The notes below the pieces were generated by a model. The model had not been told where the DNA came from. It worked only from the letters and a program-made list of their open reading frames with translations, and did not search any database. The position numbers and the translations under genes are program-made. Shown here piece after piece: positions 21,916 to 31,488 of a stretch of DNA of 34,067 nucleotides; positions within the stretch are counted from its first letter, which is position 1, and every line of letters starts with the position of its first letter. Source of the DNA: Amoeboaphelidium occidentale (lineage: Eukaryota); contig JALGPX010000129.1 of the NCBI GenBank assembly GCA_023515795.1, positions 1 to 34,067 on the forward strand. The letters run 5' to 3'.

Positions 21916-23238
21916 ATGGCGTTGTGCACTAGAAGTTCAGGCAGCTTTTTAACGAGTTCGCGGATCTTGCTGTTACGACGACTCGAAGATGTTCGAGATC
22001 GCAAGTCAACAAGGAATTCGCAGTTTCAAGATTTTAGATTTGTAATGGCAAGAAGGTTAGAAGTATTTGCAGGGCCAACGGCTGATCAGTTGAAACCGTG
22101 CGTGTTGAATAATCCAGGCCATGCTGTGCATATCAAAAGCCCCGTGTTTGATGGCAAGATCAATGTGCACATTGATTTTCCTGATCAACTCATAGTTGAA
22201 CCACAAAAGAATTTTAGTATTCAAGTTGAGGGAAGGTTTCTACCGCTTGAATCTTATGATCGTTCGTCTGGTGTTGAAGTCAAGAAGCTGTGGACGTTTG
22301 ATGATGTGATGTTTGGTGTTGAACTTGACAGACCGATTAGTTGGTCAAAGATTCCATTGCCCACAATTATGGCGAAAGGAATTTACCATTGGTTGAGAAG
22401 AAGCAACAGTGAAATACAGATTGACAATTTGTTCTATGATGATACTGGAAAGGTTGGTGATCCGTATTTGCATCATGACCCTTTCTTCCACTTGTTTGGG
22501 ACTTCAATGCTGCAGAGACCGTCGATTATGACACCAATTGTTTGTGGTGCAAGTACTCTGAACGTTTATCCGTATTCTGACAGCTCCGGTGATGAGTACT
22601 TGCGTTCAGGTGTTGACTATTACGCAAAATTCGTTGGTTTCGATCAAGCAGCTATCAGAAGGCGTTTGGAGTGGAACTTGATAAGTCAGAAAAGACCAGT
22701 TTGGGTTTATGGTCCATACTACAATCGTGCGCATTCTTTTCAAAGAGAATTGGTTGAATACAATGATTTCATCTTTCTGCCTGCTACAATTGCAACGCCG
22801 AGATCAAATTTGGACAGAAGAGAATATCTTCGCGAGAAGCATCTTGCTTCAAAGAGATCACAGTTGAATTACGTTCGTGCACCAGACGGCATCACAGGTT
22901 TGCTCAGAAGACAGTACTTCTTTGATCCTGCATTGACTTACTGCTTTGAGTTCCATGCAAATTACTTTGACTTTACAACATTTGTGCTAAGACCAAGACT
23001 GTCTGGTGCAGGAATGCCAAGAGGCATGTCCAACTTTGTTTGCGGAAGATTAGCTTTTGAAACAGGACCGCATATAATTGTCAGAGAGACTTCAAGCGAA
23101 ATTACTTCAAGAGTTACAATTGCGTGTAAAGCAAGAAAGTCTTTTTACTTTGAACATGATGTATATTTTTGGTGTGTCGTGTTTGAATTGACTGTACCGA
23201 AGCAAGGATATGCTCCAGCCCCTGTACCACTGTACTAA
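21916..23238 (+). CDS. DUF1769-like protein (start may be the ATG at 22044)
   Basis: RLEVFAGP, FDGKINVHI, FSIQVEGRF, TFDDVMFG and RRQYFFDPALTYCFEFHANYFDF resemble fungal DUF1769 proteins. Confidence 0.68.
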   Translation: MALCTRSSGSFLTSSRILLLRRLEDVRDRKSTRNSQFQDFRFVMARRLEVFAGPTADQLKPCVLNNPGHAVHIKSPVFDGKINVHIDFPDQLIVEPQKNFSIQVEGRFLPLESYDRSSGVEVKKLWTFDDVMFGVELDRPISWSKIPLPTIMAKGIYHWLRRSNSEIQIDNLFYDDTGKVGDPYLHHDPFFHLFGTSMLQRPSIMTPIVCGASTLNVYPYSDSSGDEYLRSGVDYYAKFVGFDQAAIRRRLEWNLISQKRPVWVYGPYYNRAHSFQRELVEYNDFIFLPATIATPRSNLDRREYLREKHLASKRSQLNYVRAPDGITGLLRRQYFFDPALTYCFEFHANYFDFTTFVLRPRLSGAGMPRGMSNFVCGRLAFETGPHIIVRETSSEITSRVTIACKARKSFYFEHDVYFWCVVFELTVPKQGYAPAPVPLY

Positions 23239-24704
23239 TAAATGACCGTAGTAAGAAAATGTCGTGTCTTACGCACTTGCAACAAAGATCGCAATTAATG
23301 TTATAATTCATATTCCAAACGCTGTTAGCAGAGTTAAACGTTTTTGTCTGCGAACGCTGCCTCTTCTTCTACCAAGCGCTGATTTTCTGCACTTGTTGAA
23401 ACAAATGTCGACTTTTCAGCTTCCATCTCCTTCCATGCTTCCTCAAGCTGCGATTCTGTCAACAAATAGATCATACGTTTTGAACCTGGAGGACGATACG
23501 ATGCATCACTGTGATCAGAAGGTAAGTTAGAGCTTCCAGCGTTTCTACCAAGTTGACTAGACAGGTCCTCCAAACGATATGGTTGTTGTGCAGTTCCGGG
23601 TGACCAATGGCGAAGATTTTCAGCTTTGATGGGCGTCCTGGGTGCATCAATTGTGAGCCCTTCACACAGAATTAACAAACCAACAACAAACAGAAAGTCG
23701 TCGCTTTGAGTATCACCGCTCCCAGAACCAGCTGGGTAACAGAATACACGTGACCTTTCCTCATCTTCAACTAACAGCTTGAAAGCCAGAGGACTGTACA
23801 ACAACACTGGCAAGCCGCTGTAATATAACGCTCCAAGAGATTGACATGCACGAGTCTCCTTGTACCATAGCTCTTCCCTCGTGTACATAAAGGAGGTTTT
23901 TGCCTCAGTTACAAACTTGATTCTGCCGTCAACAGAGTATCTCATGTCGGAGACTCCGATTACAGCTACGCTTGGGTCAGGAAGAAGTCCACCAACTCCG
24001 AACCTAATCGGGTTCGCTGCAGCGATTTGTTTTCTCAAGACAACGCCAATTATAGCGATAAGTGTCGAAAAGTTCACTTCCACAGTCCGCTTCAAATAAG
24101 TCAAGTACGATTCCTCAAACTTACCTCTCGCCAACGTGTATTTCCTGGCTCTCGAAACTCCTGTCGACTCTTTCTCACCCACTCGTGGTTAACAGCCGCC
24201 GATACCGTTTGCCTCCAGTCGGCTGGTGCTTTCAGATGCTCAGCCAATTCATCAAATGTTTCAAGCGACGCTTTGTATCTGTAATGGTACGGATCCAGAC
24301 ACTTCGATTTGATGTTTGAAGCAGTGGGTTCCTTCAAATACGCGCGACCATTAGGGTCGCCTGGAATAGGGGCGGGGTTTGGAACCATATCATTGTAGTT
24401 CTGCAAGTTAATTTCAAAGTGTGCGTCATACAAGTCTTCTGGGCCGCCTTCATCGTCTGAGCGCACGATGCTTTCAGGCTCGCTCTCTATGTCACTAATT
24501 TCTGCCAGCGTTGGATCGTATCTCCAGATAAGGCGTTGTTGTTGTATATCGTGTTGTTCCATGACACTTTCCTAAAAGTTTGCGGCGGAATTTACAGCCG
24601 GGAAATCGCTTAGGTCTCACTTAGTAAGGCTAACTTCATACAGGCAACAATTAAAACAGAATCTCGTTATCCTAAGCCCTGTACCACTCTAATAATAAAT
24701 GACC
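23220..24704. repeat. 28-bp direct repeat pair (23220-23247 and 24677-24704) bracketing a 1429-bp segment
   Basis: CCCTGTACCACTGTACTAATAAATGACC vs CCCTGTACCACTCTAATAATAAATGACC, 26/28 identical. Confidence 0.85.
23334..24562 (-). CDS. 397-aa protein with a putative PD-(D/E)xK restriction-endonuclease-like domain; intron 24090-24124
   Basis: A 35-nt GTAAGT...TGAAG intron joins ORFs 24101-24562 and 23334-24182 (WRE|RTVEVNF). Motif order is E-helix ... GVSD ... FVTEAKT ... ACQ. Confidence 0.68.
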
Positions 24705-24964
24705 ATCCTATCGGGTATTACAGTCAAAGAGTTACACTGAACTCTGTCCTCTGATTCGCTCGTGTAGGGTCACAGGGTTCAGTATAATTCGGAGAATGAT
24801 TTCCCCGAAATCAAAGCTGCATNNNNNNNNNNNNNNNNNNNNNACCATCCTATCGGGTATTACAGTCAAAGAGTTACACTGAACTCTTTCCTCTGATTCG
24901 CTCGTGTAGGGTCACAGGGTTCAGTATAATTCGGAGAATGATTTCCCCGAAATCAAAGCTGCAT
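24702..24964. other. Assembly duplication flanking the N gap (24702-24822 repeated at 24844-24964)
   Basis: 121-bp repeat abutting Ns 24823-24843, with one SNP (CTCTGTCC vs CTCTTTCC). Confidence 0.85.
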
Positions 24965-24968
24965 TCTT

Positions 24969-25324
24969 CTGTGTGCGTTTGTATAGCAGAAGTGCGTTTG
25001 TTGCATCCCTGTTTCCATGGTAACCAAGCATCTATATAAAGCACTTGTGACTTGCTGATCACTTTCCTTTCATTGATCAAATAGTCATACTAGCTACCAA
25101 GGAACATACGGAGCTTTGATCTGTTTGTAATGTGTGCATTGAGTACAACTACCATTCGTTTATGCATTGATGAATGGCTGTTGTACTTTCTGCTCACATT
25201 TCAAACTGATCATCTTCTAACGGTTGATTTGAGACCTATAGTATGACTAAGCTATACATTGACCGTAGTTTCGTCACCAAGTTACCATGGTACAGAATGA
25301 TCATATGCTACTACAGCAATACAG
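24969..25324 (+). ncRNA. Candidate structured RNA (long nested rod), class unknown
   Basis: Nested complementary pairs 25015-25024/25281-25290 and 25082-25092/25239-25249, plus an interrupted hairpin 25118-25211. G-U pairs favour the + strand. Confidence 0.45.
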
Positions 25325-25412
25325 AGCCAAGGCGCTGGTGCACCGATGTGGATCTGCCTTAAGTAAATGTGATGTGAGCCGCTGATTTATTCAATATTAG
25401 CTTGAAGACTTC

Positions 25413-26030
25413 TTACTCAGAAGCAACAACTGGGAACTCAAAGACGACATCCTTACCGGTGATCTTCTTGTACACAGAGGTGAAGGTGCCCAACTTATAT
25501 TCTAAAACGTTCTTGTCCTTTGAGTCAAGGAAGACCTTGATCAACTTTGAGCCACCGACAGCTACACGAGTTCTCTTTCCAACAATCTCAGTAGGATAAA
25601 CCATGTCTTCCAAGATGGAATCGTGAACAGCAGTAAGGGTACGGCTTCTTGGTCTCTTCTGCTTAACGCGGGACTTTCTGGTTGGCTTAGGAAGGATCTT
25701 TCTCTGAGCAACGATTAGGACATGACTCTCGGAGAACTTCTTCTCTAATTCACGGACAAATCTACTTATTAGAACGTGTAATTCATAAATCGCTAACCTG
25801 TTCTGAATCTTGTGGAACTGTTTTAGCAAAGGCACAGGAACGAATACAACGACAGACTTTCTTCCGTGGCCGATATCGAATTCCTTAACAGCGCTGATCT
25901 GAAGAGGTCTCAAGTCTGCCTTCATATCAGGCGCATTGTTCTCCAAGTCCAACATTGCCTGTGCAACTTGTAATTCTAATTCAGTTGGTTCTACACCAGC
26001 TGGTTTAATGATCTTTGTACGCGCACTCAT
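25413..26030 (-). CDS. RPS7: 40S ribosomal protein S7 (eS7); coding intron 25762-25797, probable 5'UTR intron 26032-26118
   Basis: [49 protein letters not shown]. The 12-aa insert in the ORF track is a GTTAGC...GTAG intron. Confidence 0.97.
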   Translation of the reverse strand: MSARTKIIKPAGVEPTELELQVAQAMLDLENNAPDMKADLRPLQISAVKEFDIGHGRKSVVVFVPVPLLKQFHKIQNRLAIYELHVLISRFVRELEKKFSESHVLIVAQRKILPKPTRKSRVKQKRPRSRTLTAVHDSILEDMVYPTEIVGKRTRVAVGGSKLIKVFLDSKDKNVLEYKLGTFTSVYKKITGKDVVFEFPVVASE

Positions 26031-26622
26031 TCTACAGATAATTGTTAGCTTCCATTCAGACAAGGGCCCTCCGCCAGAAGGTTACAACCACCAGAGGGAG
26101 GGATAATCAGTTGCGTACCTCGTAAGTTAACGGTGTCAATTTATCCTAAAAGAAAAAATTTGTAGATCCTTCGGTTCACAATCAAGCCATTGAAGATCCT
26201 GTTTCAACGCGATAATTCTAAATCGTTTCTATATCGTAAAAGACGACGGGATAAGCTGGAGAATGGCATGAACGCGATGATATCTTGTCTATACAGATCC
26301 ATCTATGCGTCAAGGATGCCTTTCTATTGCTCATGACAGCAATAACTTGTATGATATGATAGCAAGTCTTACGTTTTAATATGAAATCTAAGATACTCTA
26401 TTCGTGCCCTTAACAGAATTCGAATTCCTTTTAAAGCTTTCTGAACCTCGGCTGTGTAGCCAAAGAATCAACCAATAAAAAGCACTTATCCCTCGCTTTA
26501 CTCAACTTGAATTTAACGCTCAGGACATTTGTTGCCAGTTTCGCATGAACAGCTTTGGTTGTGCCAAACTCCGATCAGCTTTTGAGCTTGAAACAACATC
26601 TTGAAGAACTTTTAAACTGGAA

Positions 26623-28034
26623 ATGATCTCTGGTATTTTTGTCTTCAATAACAAGGGCGAAGTTCTGATATCTCGACTGTACAAGACTGATGTCAAGTAA
26701 GTCCATGCTGGCCATGATCATGTTGCTAAATCTTTCGATAGGCGCAGCTGTGCTGATATCTTCAGAATCAATGTATTGACTAATTCAAATGTGCGCTCTC
26801 CTATAAACACATTTGCTGGTATAACTTTCTTTCATGTTCGTCATGAGAACTTGTTCCTGTGCGCTGTGACAAAGGATAATGTAAACGTTGCTTTGGTCTT
26901 TGAGTTTCTGTACAAATTACTGAACATTGGCAAAAGCTACTTTGGAAAGTTCAACGATGAGGCTGTCAAGAATAACTTTGTGCTGATCTATGAGCTGTTG
27001 GATGAGATTCTGGACTTTGGCTATCCACAGAACAGCGATGTGGAGTCTCTGAAGATGTACATCACAACAGAGGGAATCAGGAGTGAGAAGGCACTGAAGG
27101 AAGACTCATCAAAGATCACAATTCAGACAACTGGTGCTACTTCATGGCGTCGACCTGACTTGAAGTATCGCAAAAACGAGGCCTACTTGGATGTCATAGA
27201 ATCTATCAATGTCTTGATGAGTAACAAGGGAACCATTCTGAAGGTAAGTTTCTTGTTTAAAAATTGTTTGAAACTTTCTTTTAGTCTGATGTTTCTGGTC
27301 AAATTGTCATGAGAACTTATCTGAGTGGCATGCCTGAGTGCAAACTGGGTCTGAATGATAAAGTGTTTATGGAGAAACAAGGTGATGGATCCCGCGCTAG
27401 GTCCACTGGAAAGCAAGGCGTTGAGCTTGATGATGTACAGTTCCATCAATGTGTTAAACTTTCTCGTTTTGATACTGAAAGGGCTATTTCTTTTGTTCCA
27501 CCTGATGGAGAATTCGAGTTGATGCGTTACAGAACAACTGACAACATTAATCTTCCATTCAGAGTTACTCCTGCAGTCACCGAGCATAAGACACGAGTCG
27601 AATTCAGAGTTGCTGTTAAGGCATTATTTGCAGATGCCTTGTTTGCTCAGAACGTTGTTGTTAAAATTCCTACTCCTCCTGCTTCTGCAAAGGCAAATAT
27701 CAGTGTCCCAGTCGGCCGAGCAAAGTATGCAGCTGGCGAAAATTGCATTGTATGGAAAATACCAAAGTATCAAGGTAAGATATTGTTTCAACACCTTATA
27801 TAACTTTGTGTAGGTAATGCAGAACACATTTTGAGTGCAGAAGTCGAATTATCAGCTATGGTTAATAAGAAAGTATGGAGTCGTCCTCCAGTCTCATTAG
27901 ACTTTCAAGTCATGATGTTCACAAGTTCAGGTATTACAGTTCAATTCCTAAAAGTTTTCGAAAAATCCAACTACAAGAGCGTTAAATGGGTTCGCTACTA
28001 TACTAAAGCTGGCTCGTATCAATTCAGATTCTGA
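26623..28034 (+). CDS. AP2M1: AP-2 complex mu subunit; introns 26697-26741, 27244-27284, 27775-27813
   Basis: MISGIFVFNNKGEVLISRLY, NNFVLIYELLDEILDFGYPQ, TGATSWRR, LSGMPECKLGLND, FHQCVKL, SFVPPDGEFELMRYR, KWVRY. Confidence 0.95.
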
Positions 28035-28112
28035 GAATATCGACACAAAACAATTGCAGAAAATAAATTCTTTATCGTGCAAAGAAGCACACAAGTTTTT
28101 AGCTATTCATAC

Positions 28113-29373
28113 TTACGATGCCCCAGCGGATCCCATCATATCCAATACTTTCAGACCAACTTCATCATAATCGGACTTTCTCATCCAGAAGCCAGTTTGT
28201 CTATCTTTCATGATTTCCGCAAGCACAGCACCTCCCAAGAATACCATGTGACGTCTTCTTGGAGGATCTTCTATACGAATCTTGAACTTCTCTAGTCTGG
28301 AAGTATCGCCCTTCAGTACGCGCTGCAAGTACAATTGTTTCATTTCCTTCTCCAATCTACTTGGTAAACCTGGGTACATGGAAGAACCACCAGACAGAAC
28401 AATATGCTTGTAAAGTTCAGAACGTAAATCAATATCAGCTGCTTGTATAACATTGAACAACATTTCAGCAACACCAGGAGACTCAACATCAACCAAATGT
28501 GGCTGAAACATACATTCTGGAGCTTCAAACCTTTCGCTTCCAACTTTAATAACACGACCATCAGGTAAAGTATAATTCTCTACCAAGACAGTCGTCTCAT
28601 TTGCTAATTTCTGTTCCAATTCTAAATCATAGCCAACGTAACAAAGCTGTTCTTTAATCTGACGAACAGTTTCAAAATCAGCAGTCCTGTTGAAAGCGTA
28701 TCCTCTTAAAAGCAACAAGTTGATCAGACGACGTGTGACATCTCTACCAGCAACGTCTAAACGTCTTGTCAAATGTGGAAGTGCGAAACCATCAAACACC
28801 GGAACAACGTGTGTAACACCATCACCAGAGTCCACAACAACACCCGTCAAGAGACCTAACAGTAAATCAATCTAGCTTTAACACAAACCTTGAGCATATA
28901 AAGTCATGACGGCCTGAATAGCAACGTAGACACCTTCAAAGCCATACTTCTCAAACATAACTTCGACCATCTTCTCCCTGTTCTTCTTTGGGTTCATTGG
29001 AGGTTCAGTCAGAAGAATCTTGCACTCTTTAGGATCAATCTTCAAGCGCTCATTGAAAGTATAATCCCAAACGTGGTACATGTCATCCCAATTACGAACA
29101 ATTCCATTTTCCATCGGGTAGGACATTTGAAGTATCGAACGAAGTGCAGCAGCTTCATCTCCGACCATAATGTCTTTAACTTTAATGTCACCGACCTGCT
29201 CTTCTGCTCTAATAATCGGTCTGCCAACCACCGAAGGGAATATCGCAGTAGGAAAGTTGGAACCAGAGAAACCACACTTGACAAACTACGGAATTAGAAA
29301 AGCCCTTCCGATAAAACGATAATGCTCTTACTCCGGTGCCGTTGTCGCAAACGATGGTCTTTGAGGAGGACAT
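28113..29373 (-). CDS. ARP2: Actin-related protein 2; introns 29286-29331, 28856-28888
   Basis: [56 protein letters not shown]. Confidence 0.97.
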
Positions 29374-29810
29374 TTGTTTTCTAAAATTAATGAAACGGCG
29401 GCGTTTGCAAATTGTGGCTGTTGATCGCCGCAAGTTTCAGCCCAAATCTTTGAGGTTGGAGGGCTAGAGGGTGTGATGTTGTTAGAGGGCATTGAAGGGG
29501 GCGTAAGCGGTAGGGCTAGACCACGGTTATTTGTTAGGACTGGCTATCAACGACTCGCTTACGCTGCAGAAGTCTTGTCGATGAGCTCATATTAGTCACG
29601 TAAAACATCGTACACACGTTTTTTAGAGTGCTCATAAGTCAACTTCTACTAACTTCCACTTACAAATTCGCTGCTTAGAACTCAGCAACGCTCATAACAG
29701 ATTTTGTAACCTTCGGCTTCAAAAAGCACGACCGAAAAAGCTCAGCGCGATCGACACAAAAATTTTCTTTTGCATTATATCTCTGTGAATTAGAGTTGAC
29801 TAGAAACGAA

Positions 29811-30255
29811 ATGCCTGCTACAGCCCCAGTACGTCCTTAGGCGTTTCTACCTCTAATAATATCTTTGCCATGTAGAAAACATCCGTTAGATTCGTCATCA
29901 ACTGTGAAAAGCCTGTTAAGGATCAGATCTTTGACACTGCCCAATTCGTAAGTGCTTTCTTTAATTAGTTCATGGTTAATGTGTTTAGGAAAAGTATTTG
30001 GTCGACAGGATCAAGGTCAACAACCGCACCAACAACTTCCAGGAAGGTGGTGTCACTGTAAAGCGTGAAGGAGACAAGATCGTTTTCGCAACCACTTCTT
30101 TGGCTGTTTCTAAGCGTTACATGAAGTACTTGACAAAGAAGTACTTGAAGAAGCATCAGTTGAAGGATCACTTGCGTGTCGTTGCTGATTCAAAGGACTC
30201 ATACGACATCAGATACTACTCTGTTGGTGGTGTTGAGGAAGCTGATGAGGAATAA
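29811..30255 (+). CDS. RPL22: 60S ribosomal protein L22 (eL22); introns 29829-29875, 29948-29988
   Basis: FVINCEKPVKDQIFD..F|EKYLVDRIKV, SKRYMKYLTKKYLKKHQLKD.LRVVA, acidic C-terminus. Confidence 0.95.
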
Positions 30256-30488
30256 ACTAATAAACACCCTTCGTAAATTCCTAGATTTCCTCTGTCGTTG
30301 GGGAGTATTTAAGTCGTGGAACTTAGCTAGCATGAAACACAGCGAAAGCACGATACGAGTAAACCAGTGAAGCAGCACCTAAGCAGTTGGAAGCGGCCCT
30401 TTAACCAAACACTTTAAACTTATTCCCAGACTTGATCAACTCTGGTTCACCGTTTTGCCCTTTTTGTCTGGACTGTGGGATTTGTGAT

Positions 30489-31289
30489 ATGAACAGATCA
30501 ATAGTTTTCACTACGTTTACTAATGTCGATAATTTACGCGAATTATTTATTGCGCAAGAGGAGTGTTACAGTGAAATACTGTGTGATATGCCAACGGAAG
30601 AAGCAATGAAGCTATTTGATCAAAGCGCAGAAGAGTTTGTCGTGATAAGTGCTAGCGACAATAATTCGTTGCTTGCTTACGCGGTATTCAATGAAGTTCA
30701 TGATATATTATGGATAGAACTTTGTTCTTTTACGGGCCCTTCTTTGTTTTATCAATTAGTAAGATTTGCTTTAGGATTTTGCTCCAATGATCATCTTGCT
30801 ATTGGTGTTAATTCAGAGCTGTTCAGTTCGACCGTGTCTGAGGTCCTAAGAGAAATTGGTTATGGTATAGTGAGTGATATTGATGATGCCGCAGATTTAT
30901 TCCCTCAACAGAATTCCGTTGATGATGATTATGCTGTCGTGAATCCTGGTTTAACTCCTTCGTTCAAGGTTGAATGTGTATTTGGTCGCTATGGCACGAG
31001 TATCAAACGTAATTCTGTATTATATTCAAGAAAAGCTTTGTTTACAAGACAAGACGATCGCACATCATCAAACAAAAGCTCACGATATTCATCGATGTCT
31101 ATTGCGAAACCTGGTTACAGGGCTAAACTTGGTTCTGGAGCGAGTTCCGGCAACGGACCAAGGCATCCAAGAAACAGAAGACAAAGATATCAGGATACAG
31201 AAGTATCAGGTTCCATTGCGGCAGTTTATAGTTCTTTCTTTCTAGTTTTATCAGGATTGTCTCTATGGGCCATACTTCGTAAGAATTAG
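30489..31289 (+). CDS. Hypothetical protein with a C-terminal hydrophobic segment
   Basis: Open frame of 266 codons from the ATG at 30489, ending IAAVYSSFFLVLSGLSLWAILRKN*. No family confidently recognised. Confidence 0.6.
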   Translation: MNRSIVFTTFTNVDNLRELFIAQEECYSEILCDMPTEEAMKLFDQSAEEFVVISASDNNSLLAYAVFNEVHDILWIELCSFTGPSLFYQLVRFALGFCSNDHLAIGVNSELFSSTVSEVLREIGYGIVSDIDDAADLFPQQNSVDDDYAVVNPGLTPSFKVECVFGRYGTSIKRNSVLYSRKALFTRQDDRTSSNKSSRYSSMSIAKPGYRAKLGSGASSGNGPRHPRNRRQRYQDTEVSGSIAAVYSSFFLVLSGLSLWAILRKN

Positions 31290-31488
31290 ATTAAAATAGA
31301 AAATACATGTTTCAAACAGTATGATCTCGAGAAAAACCTGCTACTGAAGTTACCAGTTCATCATACTTTGGCTGCAGCCTTTCAGATTCTCGGGCTAATC
31401 AATCGCAAGTGCCTTTTGAACAGCTTCCAATCACACGCGTCGTTTTGAGTTGAACACAAAGGCTCAACAAAATTTTGATTTGATTACA

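Noticed and set aside
24090..24182. Programmed frameshift between ORFs 24101-24562 and 23334-24182
   Set aside because: A canonical 35-nt GTAAGT...AG intron joins them in frame.
24671..24680. CCTAAGCCCT as a telomerase template for (CTTAGGG)n upstream of the structured region
   Set aside because: It is only 10 nt, overlaps the 28-bp repeat, and the organism's telomere repeat is unknown here. Worth revisiting only if reads show CTTAGGG telomeres.
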